From: Pseudogymnoascus verrucosus
Lineage: Eukaryota
NCBI GenBank assembly: GCA_001662655.1
Contig: KV460240.1
DNA length: 64,000 bases
Direction: 5' to 3' (one strand)
The notes below the pieces were generated by a model. The model ran no database searches. It was given only the letters and a program-made list of their open reading frames with translations, and had not been told where the DNA came from. Shown here in pieces: positions 35,060 to 47,720 of this stretch. Both the position numbers and the translations under genes were made by a program. Within the stretch, counting starts at the first letter, position 1. Each line of letters opens with the position of its first letter.

Positions 35060-36150
35060 ATGTCGGACGGAAAGAACGGCATGAACATGGTTGCGCGTCG
35101 GAGCACGCGAGTCTTTGAGAATGATATCGACGTAAGGCAGATCGAGGACTCCGTGCCGGACGCAAGCGTTTGCTATATTAGGAAGGGAGATGAGAAGTCT
35201 CAGGAGAGAGACAGCACCAGGCTCACCGAGATGCTGGTACACACGCGCACGTCCTCTATGTCCAGCTTGGCGGCGCCGGTGGACGGTGAAATCATCACTA
35301 CTTTTCAAAGAGTGTCAAGGAGTGACTCTGAAGAAGGTTAGTTATTACCTGTCAGACTTAAATGTATCCCTGATCAGGAAAAGCTGACATATTTCCCCAG
35401 CTTTCGGCGTCGTGAAGGGCGAGGTTGTGGAGAATCCCAAGATGTACGGTCGCCCTCGCAATTTTGGAACCATTCTCCCCGGAATTTACAGGAGTGGCTA
35501 CCCGGAAGCGGAAGACTATGACTTCTTGAGGGATTTAAGCTTGAGAACTATCGTGTGAGTGCCACTGTCCAACTGTTTCTGGACGGATCTGACGGGAACT
35601 TTAGCACTTTGGTGGATAAAGATTACCCAGAAGGTTACCAGACATTTATGCAGTCAAGTGGAATCAACCATGTGGTCATCAAGATGGAAGGCACCAAGAA
35701 AGTCGATATTCCTCAGTCTGTTATGAATTCTATTCTGGAAGTCGTCATGGACCGCCAGAATCACCCGCTTCTTCTCCACTGCAACCAAGGCAGGGTAAGC
35801 CATCCTTTGCTCAACATATACGAGGAGGCAGTATATTAACGTATCCTCAGCATCGAACTGGCTGTGCAGTTGCAGTTATCCGCAAAGTCCTGGGTTGGTC
35901 GGTTGAATCCACGGTCAGCGAGTACACTTCGTACGCCCACCCAAAAGTTCGTCAAGTTGACGTAAACTACATTCGTCAATTCGAGATTGCAAGCTTGGTC
36001 GGGATTATCGATCCAAAAACCACCAGGACCGCCAGCTTCAGCAAGCCTCGACCCATCTCCCGTTCGCATAAAACGTTCCGGTTCGCGGCCTTCACGATCT
36101 TCGTCTTTATCCTCTGTACTTTGACAGTCTTCAGATATCGCATAGCATGA
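35060..36150 (+). CDS. Siw14/Oca-family (plant-fungal atypical dual-specificity) phosphatase with a hydrophobic C-terminal tail
   Basis: Exons 35060-35336, 35401-35554, 35605-35794, 35851-36150. RPRNFGTILPGIYRSGYP, active site HPLLLHCNQGRHRTGC, EYTSYAHPKVR. Confidence 0.88.
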
Positions 36151-36501
36151 TTCTAGAGCAAGGGCATAGAGTACAGCAGCATTTGCTAGGAGTGTAACAA
36201 AAGATATGACTTCGGGTTGGGAAGCTTCATAGGGGGGACTGGTAATGCAGAGCGCAAAGGCCAGGTTATTGTTTACGGGCGTTTTGAGGGTATTTTAGTC
36301 AATACAGTCATACATGAACTTTGTATTTGAATACTGTAAAATAAGACATTTTTAACAGCCCAACCCTCGTATGGCCCAGACAATTCGATGACTCCCATTA
36401 TCTGCTTCATATCTGTGACTCTGATGGTTTGATTGCTAGAACCACGCTATTGTTTGATATCGTCATACACCTATAATACATATATACAAGTGCTGGTGCC
36501 T

Positions 36502-36967
36502 CTATTCCTCCTCCTTTGCATCCCGACCTAACGCATAAGTTACTCCGCAGGCAGCTAGATTGACTGCTGCCATTCCCATGGCGCTCCCCCTAACAAGGCC
36601 CCTTGCTCCGAATCGAGAGATAAACCTGGCTGACTTCCTCCTGTTGGCGAGCACGAGATAAAGCCCAGACCATGCAGCAGTGATACCGGCCGCATCTTTG
36701 GCGTAATCATTGAGATTCAGGTAGGTGGAGAAAAGTAGAACTGCAGGTACAGTCATAGGCAGCGCCTGAAATGGCCGAGCATGGACAGCTGTGACGAGCG
36801 TAGCTAGGCCCATTGGAGGCAGAGGGGAGTCTGTGTTTATTTTAGCATCACATTCATCATCAAGGAGTTTGCCTCTCAGGTGATTCAAATTACTCACTGC
36901 CCCATGCTTTGGCAAATTGCCATGCACCTTTCTTGGCACCCGATACTTCGCTATCCTTAACAGACAT
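36502..36967 (-). CDS. Aim19-like small membrane protein
   Basis: Exons 36967-36898 and 36830-36502: ...AWGNSPLPPMGLATLVTAVHARPFQ...DAAGITAAWSGLY...GARGLVRG. The family call is from memory. Confidence 0.75.
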
Positions 36968-37240
36968 TATGTCGTGTGCGCTTTTTTATATATGGGCAAA
37001 AGTCATTGTCAGCCTCATCCGTCATTGAAATAGATCGTCACGTGCATTATCAACGCCCCTGCATATTTAGCGCCAAAGTCAACAAATCGATGCCCAGGCT
37101 TACAAAAGACCACCTATATACGGAGATCGTAGAAATCCGAATCCCGCGAATTCCTTCAGATCGCCCTCTCGGAAGCAGATATATCGACAGCTCGTTCCCG
37201 CCAGTGCCGCACCGAGCAAAGTTTTGCGCGAAAGGCGGAC

Positions 37241-38409
37241 ATGTCCGCTAAAGCTACAGCCTCCGGGGCAGACAAGGGCAGTGGAGCGAAGTCGCGGGAC
37301 CACAACCAGGGGAACCAGGACAGGAAATGCACGGTTGAGCAGAAGGCGGCGGTGATCCGGGTGCGCAGATGCTCGCCCACGTCGTTCTACGAAATCTTGG
37401 ACCTGGAGAGCGTCAAGACGACTGTTACGGAGAGTGAGATTAAGAAGGCATATAGGAAGCTGAGCTTGCTCACGCATCCGGATAAGAATGGACATGAGCA
37501 TGCGGATGAGGCTTTCAAGATGGTTAGTCGGGCGTTCGGTGTCTTGGGCGATAAGGAGAAGAGAGACAAGTTCGATCGCTTCGGAGGAGACCCGGATAGC
37601 AGATTTGGTGGCGGCAGCAGTGCGCCACAGTCGAATCCATTCAGTGGCTTTGGAGGGAGGGCGCCCTCTGGAGGTGGCCCAGGCGCTGCGAGAGGCGGTT
37701 GGGACGATGAAATAAGTCCGGAGGAAATGTTTAATAGATTCTTCGGAGGTGGCATGGGAGGTGGCTTTGGTGGTGGTGGCTTTGGAGGTACTGGTTGCGA
37801 ACCCAACGTACATACTGAAGCAGTTTGCTAACTATTCTAGGCGGAGGCATGTTCGATACAGGCCCTCAATTCGTTTTTAATTTGGGAGGAGGCCCTGGTA
37901 TACGCGTACACCAATTTGGCGGGGGAAGACCACGAAGGAGACCACGAGAAGCTGGCGCTGCAGATACCCCCGAACAAACTTTACGATCCACCATCGCCGG
38001 TCTACTACCTATACTGATACTGTTTATTGTCCCACTGCTCAGTTCGTTATTCTCTGGGGGCGAGAGCGTGCCCGCCGGACCACAATTCCGCTTTACCAAG
38101 GCCGACCCGCCATATACGTTACACCGCGAAAGTAAGAACCTTCATGTCGACTATTTCGTCAATCCGTTGGAGGTGGCAGACTTTACGAACAAGAAATTCT
38201 CGCAGCTGGATCAAAGGGCGGAACAAACTTATACGAAGGCTCTGAGGATAGAGTGTGAGCACGAGGTCGACAGGAGGCAACGAGTTGTGAATGAGGCACA
38301 GGGTTGGCTCTTCCAGGATCCTGATAAGATGAAGCAGGCTCGGGGGATGGAGATGAAGGCATGTAGGAAATTAGAAGCGATGGGACAAGTACCTAAAGGG
38401 TCCTTTTAA
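37241..38409 (+). CDS. HLJ1: ER-membrane DnaJ co-chaperone (Hlj1/DNAJB12-like)
   Basis: J domain with HPD (YRKLSLLTHPDKN), G/F-rich linker, EISPEEMF, transmembrane segment LLPILILFIVPLL, and a DUF1977-like C-terminus. Intron 37788-37840. Confidence 0.88.
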
Positions 38410-38912
38410 TTAGTGCTGTTTTTGTTGCAAAGCGCGGCGTTCCGGATATGGGCGGAAGGACCTTTTACATATCATCATGTTGTTTATAGAGAATAAGTAA
38501 GGTCTATTGGATTATTGTACAGTATGGACGTAAAAAAGCTCTCTGGAATGATAAGTGTCTGAAGAGTAAGACCTTATTAAAGAGTATCAAATACCCTTTC
38601 AGGTACAGTTTCAAAGATCGCCCCTTCAGCATTTGGCTGAGTAAATACCCCGCGCTCACTCCTTGTACTGCACATACCATCTCACATTTGAAGTGTCCAG
38701 AAGATTCCCTTGCCTTAGGCGCTTCGTCAGCAACGGTGTGTTTTGATAGATTAAGCTAGAGGCGACAACCAAAACTTATCCAAACCGCGCAATGACATCG
38801 GCAAACCGGGGTCTAGGCTGATAGTAAGGCTCCGCCAAACACAAGTACCACGACGACCTTTAACCCCCACCAATACTCTACTTCGTTATTATTACGAAAG
38901 CACAGAGTAAAG

Positions 38913-41900
38913 ATGGATAACAATGGGCCCCCGCAACCGGGACCTCCGAATAACCCTGATGCCCCTGACAAGGAGGCTATGGACCAGGTCCGTAAGCTCC
39001 AATCTCAACAGAATCACCTCACTGACGGCTTATCGTAGATTCGACGACGACGACTCGAGAAGCTAGGAGGGTCAACGACTCCAGATAGAAACGCCTCCCC
39101 GGGAGCTGGGCCCTCACGATCAAACTCGCAGTCAGCTACAGACACACCTACACAACCGCAAGTCCTGGCGCCCAGGGCCGCGAAGCCACCGATGGCCACG
39201 CCACCACCACCTAGCTCCCAGAGCCCGCTCGACAAATCGAAAGATAAGCCAGCTAGCTCAAGCTCATCTACAACTATTAGGATAGCTCCTGCAGATGCGG
39301 CGGGGAAGAGACCGCGGGAAGCATCGGGGGGATTATCAGGCCCGCCGACTCGCAAAGCGACGCCTCAAGCAACAGATGAATCGCCCCAGGACTTTGAGAA
39401 CAGGGCGCTCAGTACCATATTTCGCGTCACGCTGGAAGGAGAGAACAAAACAGATTCATCGGGCCACAAGCTCACATACCTCCCAGATGTAAGGCAAGAG
39501 CTGCAGGATAGCGGAGAGCATGTCGGATTATCCCTCGGTGCACTCGATTCCATATTGATGGAAGTATGCCTGAAGATTCCCCACACCAAGCCCATACTGG
39601 AATACTTGCTTCCGTGCTGGAAACGAATTATGAGGTCGAACAGGAGCTTGAGAGGACCAGCTCAGCAAAAAGATGCGATACTGAAAGAAGCTAAGCGGTT
39701 GTGCATGAGTAGCTGCATCTTTGCACTGACCATGCCAGAGCTATACGGGCGTGATGAGACGTCATACAAGGACTCCTTAACACCTCACTTTTTGTTGGAT
39801 CCTGAAGATGATAGAGGCTTGTGCCCCGAGTTCTTGGCTGAAGCTGTTTCCCGGGTCGATGAAGATGAGTCCGTTACACCAATGTTTACAAGTGCTGTCA
39901 TCAACCTCAGCACTCAGCTGTCGCGAATGACAATGAACGATAACTACAAACCATATGTGCAGGCTCTCAAGAACTTGACTCGTTTCCCAGTTATCACAAC
40001 TGCAGTTGCAGAAGACCCCGTGTTTCTCATGGCCACCTCCGCACATGGCATAGAACAGCATACTATTCTCGGCCCCTTCTTTCGGATATCGGTTTTGCAG
40101 ACGGAAGTCACCAAGTCTTACTTTGCATCACCCAAGACCATGGATAAATCCCTCGTTGTTACCTCGCAAAGTGCCCTGCGAATGACGCTTAACAACCACC
40201 AGAAAGACCTCTTAGACATAATAAACCAGTTCGTGCGCGCAAGTACGTCTTCGCGGAATCGAACTTTAGACTGGTTTGCTTGGATTGTTAATGCCAACCA
40301 CAAGCGCAGAGCTATCAGGGTTGATGAGAGGCAGGTCTCATCTGATGGTTTCATGATGAATGTCACTGTGGTATTAGACGGTCTTTGCGAGCCGTTCATG
40401 GACTCAACATTTTCCAAGGTGTCCAAGATTGATCCAGACTATTTCAGGCGCAGTCCAAGAATTGATATCAAGGACGAGACGAAGCTCAACTCTGACCAAA
40501 AGACATCTGATAAGTTCTACGAGGAGAAGCTAGAAGGAACACCGAACTTCATCACAGAAGTCTTTTTCTTGACAGTGGCTGCTCATCATTACGGCAGTGA
40601 AGCCGCCAATAGCAAGCTGAAATCCTTGGACAGGGATATCTCGAGTCTCCAAAAGCAACTAGCAATATATGAGCAAGAGCGCCCGAGATTCTTATCTGTA
40701 AGTCTTGAAGTTATATGTTCGAGATAAGTTACTGATGAACAATCAGGACCCCAGGCAGCTTGCTATGATCGAACTAAACGTGAAGAGGTATAATGATATT
40801 CTAGAAAAATCGATGCGACTGAGGCATGCGATCGAGGGTGTTCTATTCGACGATGTGATGCAGGCTCGGTCCTTGCAATTTATGAGATACCTTATTGTGT
40901 TTATGCTGCGAACTGCTTCAGGCTCCGACTATGTTCCGGGGAAACCATTCTCGTATGTGCTTTGTATGGACTATGGACCACTCGGAATAAACTGACAAAT
41001 TTCAGATTGCCATTGCCAGAGACCCAACCCGAAGTCTTCAAGAACTATCCGGAGTACATGCTTGATGATATTGTCAGCAACTTTGAGTTCATTTTCAAGT
41101 AGGTTGAACACTTTTCCAACATAATCCTAGTTGTGGCGAGCTAACATCGACCACAGCTATCTCTCACAAGTCATTATCTCCACGCAAACAGACGAGATTA
41201 TTGTGCTCTGTATCAGCTTTCTTCGCAATTCTGAGTACATTAAGAACCCGTCACTTAAATCGGGATTGGTATCGTTGCTTTATCACGGCACAATCCCCGT
41301 GTATCACCGACAAAAGGGTGTTCTTGGAGATGCTTTGACGACGGATAAATTTGCGAATGACAATTTATTGCATGCTCTCATCAAGTTCTACATCGAGTCC
41401 GAGTTTTCAGGGGCTGCTAACGCATTTTACAACAAATTCAGCATTCGATATGAGATTTTCCAGATCTTCAAATGCATTTGGAGCAACAGTGTATACCGAG
41501 AGCGCCTCACGCAAGAAAGCAAGGTCAACACCGAATTCTTCGTTCGCTACGTCAATCTCCTTATTTACGATGCGACGTACCTCCTGGACGAGTGTTTGAC
41601 CAAGTTCCCCAAGATCCATGATTTGCAGGTTGCTTTGAGTCCTAATGCGGTAGCGTCGTTGTCCGAAGAAGATCGCAAGGCCAAATCAGAGGAATTAAGT
41701 CAACTTGAAGGGCAAGCAAAATCATACATGCAGCTGGCAAATGAGACAATCTCCATGATGAAGCTTTTCACTGGCACTTTGAGCGACGCCTTTGCGATGC
41801 CTGAAATCGTTCAGCGCTTGGCTGATATGCTGGATTATAACCTGGATACGCTCGTGGGGCCGAAATCTGCCAATCTTAAGGTGGAAGACCCATCAAAGTA

Positions 41901-42438
41901 TTTCTTTACCCCGAAGTCGCTTCTTGCAGAGTTCATCGATATCTACCTGAACCTAAGCCACCAGAAGCGTTTCGTCGAGGCTGTGGCCAGAGATGACCGG
42001 TCCTACAAGCCAGCAAACTTTGACAGCGCAACAAGGATTCTAGAGCGGTGGTCTCTGAAATCAAAGGGAGAGCTAGCTGCGTGGATCAAGCTAATCGCCA
42101 AATTCAAGGCTGCGAAGGAAATTGAAGATAAGGCCGATGTGGATCTTGGGGAGATTCCCGATGAGTTCTTGGATCCACTGATGGCCACGTTGATGGAAGA
42201 ACCGGTCATCTTGCCCATTAGCAGAATGACTGTAAATATGAGCACTGTTCGAAGTCTCATGCTGAGTGATGGAATCGATCCATTCAACAGGCAGCCGATT
42301 AATATCGATGATGTAGCGCCTGACGAGGATATGAAGGAGAAAATTAAGCTATTTAAGGAGGAGCGAAGGGCGGCGGCGAAGCAGCAAACAATTGAGGACG
42401 TTATGGATAAGGACGTTATGGATACATCGGAACCGTAG
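38913..42438 (+). CDS. UFD2: Ubiquitin conjugation factor E4 (U-box)
   Basis: Introns 38988-39038, 40698-40746, 40953-41005, 41099-41156. Motifs ILGPFFRIS, SSDGFMMN, NFITEVFFLT and C-terminal U-box EIPDEFLDPLMATLMEEPVILP. Confidence 0.95.
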
Positions 42439-42673
42439 GTTATGGATCTGGGAACGATGGGTCAGGGGCGCACATAGAGGAGTAAAAGAGGTTTGTTGAT
42501 TAAGAGCTATCGAGGAATATCAACCTCCCAATAGCACGAAGACCAGCATATAGGAATTAGACTCCCATCACAACATCAAATATATACAATAATCCTCCCA
42601 TTCAAACGCATGCTTAACTCCCATGCGCCATCGTATCGAAACAAACTGACCCCCGGGATATCATCTTCGCACT

Positions 42674-43548
42674 CTAACCTACAAACGCTGCCAGCAGAAT
42701 GATGGTGAGAATAACTGCTAAAATCAACAGAAGCATGCACATCTTCGACCGTGCGTTCTTCTGATACCTCGCTGCGCTCCTGAGCTCTAAATCAGCCCCT
42801 CTTGTATCGCTCCTCGTATTCTCCACATTGGCAGCAATCGTATCAAGTTGCTCGCCCTGCTCGCCGACAATATGTGCCACATCTCTGAAGAGTTCATTCA
42901 GTTCGCTTACACCCTGCTCGATATTCCTGATCTCCGCCTCACGCTCCACGATCAGCGAATCCTGGAAGTCAACTTCATCCTGCGATGCGAGCCGTAGCTG
43001 CTCCTGAGATTGCTGTTGCTGCTGTCCAAAGCTAGGGCTACCTCCTTCGGCGGACGGGGAGGTTGCTTCCTCGAGTGCTGCGCGTGCTGCGGCGGCTGTT
43101 GTACGTTCCTTCTCGAGGGCTCGGCGCTGGACGTTTTGGAACTCGGTGAGGGTGGCTTGGAACTCGCGGGAGAGCTTCTGTTGGGTGTATTTTTGCGACG
43201 GCTGTGTAGAATTAGTAAATATACTTGCTGATGGTTGAATTTGAGGCAATATCATACGCTGACGTCCTCCCAGGACTGAATCCTCTTGACACCCTCTCCA
43301 ATGTTCTTGAAGTCTTCCGTAGTCTCCTCCAATAGATCGTGTACTCGTTCCCGTACTCGTTCGGTGTCCCTCTTTGTGCCTAGTAAGGCAACTTGATTCG
43401 AAAGTCGAGAGATGTTGCCGGTGAGTGTGAAGAGCTTGTTCATCAGGTCCTGCGACAACTTGGAGAACTCGGGATCGTCGGTATAGGCATCACCGGAGCG
43501 CATGGTTGTTGGCTGCGACTCCAGCGATGATAGCTGATCAAACGACAT
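42674..43548 (-). CDS. PEP12: Endosomal/vacuolar Qa-SNARE syntaxin (Pep12/syntaxin-7-like)
   Basis: Habc region LLGTKRDTERVRERV, SNARE motif EREAEIRNIEQGVSELNELFRDVA and a C-terminal transmembrane segment. Intron 43202-43257. Confidence 0.85.
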
Positions 43549-43880
43549 ATTTGCTGCTCAGACAGTTGCGATTTATGTGGTAGAAAGGTACAGTAGTTGA
43601 GTCGTTTTCTAGATGCTGTGAAGCCTTGATGTGTATGAGCGAAGCACCGTCAGGTCGTCATCGCCATGACCTTGATGGCGATAACAGGCGGCCGCCAAGC
43701 TATAGCGTTGCAGGAATAGGTCCCGTGGCTGGAACATCCCGGTCTCCAAGCGGCCGCATTAATCCGTCGCGAACCAACTATTTGTTTAGAGCTTCCATAT
43801 CAACACAGCAACCCAAATGCAAGGCACACACCAGTTTTAATATCTGCCACTTATTTGGTGACGGCGCGTTCACATCGACT

Positions 43881-46018
43881 ATGGCAGCGACAGCTAGGAT
43901 TCGTCCGTATAAGGTATGTTAAATGGGCGCATATTCCCAACGTAAATCCCAAGCTAACTCTGCTCTGTAGGACTTTCTTACGCCCGCCCTCCATAGACGC
44001 TTCACCAGAGCAGCTGCCACATTACTGGCAGTATGCTACGCAGAATCACTCCTTCTGGGCGAATGGAACTCATGTTAGTATATACTACTTCGAACCCAAG
44101 AATTATACCTAATTATACCTAGTTCTATGGTCCTGGTTCCCTCTCGGACGAGCTGGTTTCCGAACAGGACTTCTTTTCATCAGCGCATTCTCCATCTTCG
44201 TCTTACGAGTCGCACAGCTACACGTTGGCCAAAGGACATCAAACTCAGGAATAGCGACATTTAGAGAATACGCTTTCAGGTACCAGACCATACAGACGAC
44301 GGGATGGTACCTATTCTCGGCCTGGATCTTCAGCGAAGTATTCATTTACTCCGCACCGAGAAGCGCCAGCATCGTGTGGATCACCGAGGGGAAAAACAAT
44401 GAACGGTCGCGGCTGAATGAAAGGCCAATATATATTATGGCCTTCTTCCTCGTTCTCGCCGTTGTGCAATCCGCAATCCACCTTGCATACGATTACGATC
44501 GCGTGGACTTGCCTGCTATAAAGACTGCAAAGAAAGACAATGCAGCTAAGCCGGAACAGGGCTCGACCGAATCCGTTGCCCCATCCACGAAGATTCGAGA
44601 TTCGTTGCCGGGAATAGTGGCCAAGTCCTTCGGTCGTGTCCTAATTATGACGATTCTGATGCCGTTCGTATACTCAATATTTATCAGGCACACCGCTTGG
44701 AAATACACCCTTGGCTTCGCAAAGATTTTCTGGAATCTACCAAAGACAACGTCCCTTCCAACTGTCAGCCCTTTCCACTGGACAGTCTTGGGAAGGACAT
44801 TATATGGCGGAGTGCTGCTTGTACTGCTGTGGGAGATAGGAAACAGGGTGTTTTCAACCTATGTGGCTGAGGGTCCGCTCAAGAATGAGAGGCCTATCAC
44901 ATACGAGTCAAAAGATCCTAATGGAAGTCTCCTGACTGGCCTAAAGGGAAAGAAGCTGCAAACCAGGGTAGGTTATAGGCTAGTTTCTATTTTAAGGTGA
45001 TGTGCTAACACATAACTAGGCATTTGCATTCTGGGAGCTCGTATTAATCGCCGAGCGTTATCAAGGACGAAGAAAGGTCATATTTGAAGATATCGACCGA
45101 AAAGGGGGATCGACATGGTCACAGATACTGACAGCATGTACCGAGACCATAACGTCGATGGACACGCGTGTGGAGACACTCGATCCAGCATCAGCCCCCA
45201 CGGAACACATCGATATCAAACCCAGCCGGACTCCTCAGATCGTGAGTATGCTCAATGGTAGCGACAAACCTGCGAAGCCGGAAGAGCCAATCCCGACGTT
45301 GCCCAGACTCACGGGCGACATTCAAAAAGAGAACATCTGGAATGCCCCGCCGCAGCCAAAGACTACAGCAGAGCGTATCGCGAAAAGCTCGGCTGCCTTG
45401 GCCTCAGAATACGGCAACACCCCCACATCACCTATTAGTGTCGATGGCCGCAGGCTGCTTACACAGGCCACATCCAAGGTCTTAACACCCGAGCAGCAAC
45501 AGGCCCTTACCCCACAAGGCATCTGGGTCGCCTTGTCACCATACGTGACGCAGTTCCTACAGAGCCCCTTGGGCTGGCCGTTCCGTCAAGAGTTCAGGCG
45601 CCGCATCGCGGCTGTAGTGCTTGGGCAACCCTACGGTGATGCGGGTATCATTCTGGATTCGATAGAAGCCTTGAATCTCTTCGCCGTCGCCAGCTTGAAG
45701 GAGGATATTTACGGAAACGTCCAGAAGGATGTCCCTGATATCATCAGGATGCTCACGAAGAGCCTTGTGTCGCTGGAGGCAATGAGGAAGAGCTTTGGCG
45801 TCCACTGGACGGATGTTTCGGGGGATATCGAGAGCCCGGAGGTGGATCTCGTTGTGGGAGGGCTGAGGGGGGCGCTACAGGACATTATTGGGGCATTTGG
45901 GGAGTATTTTGATGATATGAAGATGAATAGAGCGGATGTGCGGGCCGCGAAGGAGGCTGCAAAGGCGCCAGAGCCACAGAGGCCGGCGGAGATGCAAGAG
46001 GCGAGGAAAAGGAAGTAA
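43881..46018 (+). CDS. NDC1: Nuclear pore membrane protein Ndc1
   Basis: RPYKDFLTPALHRRF N-terminus, RLNERP, SKDPNGSLLTGL, AFAFWEL, SLKEDIYGNVQKDV. Introns 43914-43970, 44074-44122, 44968-45019. Confidence 0.9.
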
Positions 46019-46231
46019 AGCGGAAACGGAAATCATGAAACATGTATAACATGGCTTGTATGCTAAACGGAGGATACCACCAATAACTTGGCCCTACATA
46101 ATAGCTCTTATGGTATGAAAAGCAATTGCTGTCATCCCGTAGCCTTCATTGTGAATCCGATTTCATTTCCTTCCATAACCCCTTCTCATGTACTCAACCA
46201 GGTATACGTTTCCCCAACACTAACCAATGCT

Positions 46232-47520
46232 CTATAAATTCCCATCCCTAGGAGGCGGCACCCTCATCCCAGGCGGCATCCTGACACCTGCCGCCTGTGC
46301 GCCTCTCCCCCTTTCCACCGTCGGACTCAACAAATCCACACGCCCCTTCTGCACCGCAAACGCCGGCGTAACCCACACGCCACAACTACACTTCAACCCC
46401 TTCCAATTCCACCTCCCCACCAGCGCCTCACACTTCAAATTCGGGCACAGCAGACGGCCTTCCAGCTCGCCCGTCTCAAGCGCGGGACGCATCCACGACA
46501 GCGCTTGGAGGAAGAAGTGGCCGCATGCCACACTACTCGAGGACGCCGCAGCGGCATCGGGGTTGGGGAGCGGAAGAGCTGCAGTGGAGGAAATTTTGTC
46601 TTCTTCTTTTGGGGCCTTGGGGTCATGCTCAACGATATACTCCTCCTTCGCGAGCAGCGTCCTGCATCTCCTACAACGCATCGCTTTCGTCGCATCAGCA
46701 CTATCCGCAACTCCAGACTTAACCTTCTCCTCGTCCTCAAAGCGCAGACGGTCCGGGGCGCGGCCGATAGAAGTGCTCAGCTCGACTTCAGCGGCGTAGA
46801 GCCAGCGCTGGTAGATAGGGCTGGCTTCCAGATCGGGGGTGCAGCTGCAGCGTCTCCAGAGGTCGAGTTGCGTCATGAAGCCCGGGTTGGGGTCGGCGTG
46901 GGGGCGGGTTTGGCGGACTAGGGAGAGTGCTGAGTAGGGGGTTAGGGAGGGGCGGGTGGCGAGGAGGTAGGCGATGGCGAGGGTTACGGAGCGGGATTTG
47001 CCCATTGCGCTGGGGGGTGTTAGAATGGGATTTAGAGACTTCTTGTTAGGAAATGATATGAAATGATGACTTACCAGTGGATCAGAACACCACCACCTCC
47101 TGCCAGCGCATCTTTGATAAACTGGACAACTCTTGGAAAATGCTCGATGAGGTTCTCATCGTCCATATCGTCGATTTGGACGTTGCAGTGCGTGTAGTTC
47201 TCCCATCCTTTCGTCTCTCTGTAGTTAAACCGCAGCGCGGAGACGATATGTGTTATGCCCGCATCTTTGAGCGTTTGAGGCCGCCGGAGGGCAAATACTC
47301 TTGGTCAGGTCAGCAGATGTTCCATAGGTCTGGGCTGATGTACATGAATACGAGGGCAGACAGAGTGAAAAGGGGGAAGGAGTATGGAATAGCCACGTGA
47401 GAAGTGAGCACAACAGTAAAGGGGTGGGACTGTTAACTTGAAAATGGATGTATAAAAAGGTATGAGCACCTACCCACTGATGTAAATCTTCTCATCACCA
47501 GGAACCTTTGCGATAGACAT
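46232..47520 (-). CDS. YVH1: Dual-specificity phosphatase Yvh1/DUSP12
   Basis: Active site VLIHCAMGKSRS spans intron 47010-47074; another intron lies at 47300-47473. C-terminal Zn domain RCRRCR...CGHFF...CPNLKC...KCSCGVWVTPAF. An upstream in-frame ATG at 47598 is possible. Confidence 0.92.
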
Positions 47521-47686
47521 TTCTATGGCCTTGTTTACTTCCTCTAGTCTTTGCTTCTCTCTAAAGTTGGCGAGCTCTACATCACTTATGCCTTTCATTT
47601 CGTCTATAGTTTGGTTGCTGCTCGGGTGCTGCCCCTCTTGTGCCCCTCCTCTGACCTCGGACAAAAATATCTGAACCCCTCTATCG

Positions 47687-47720
47687 ACACGTGACCAAAT
47701 ATTATATATTACACGTGACC
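47687..47720. promoter_or_regulatory. Tandem ACACGTGACC boxes (GTCACGTG, Cbf1/bHLH E-box) flanking an AT-only spacer
   Basis: Identical 10-mers at 47687-47696 and 47711-47720, upstream of YVH1. Confidence 0.6.
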
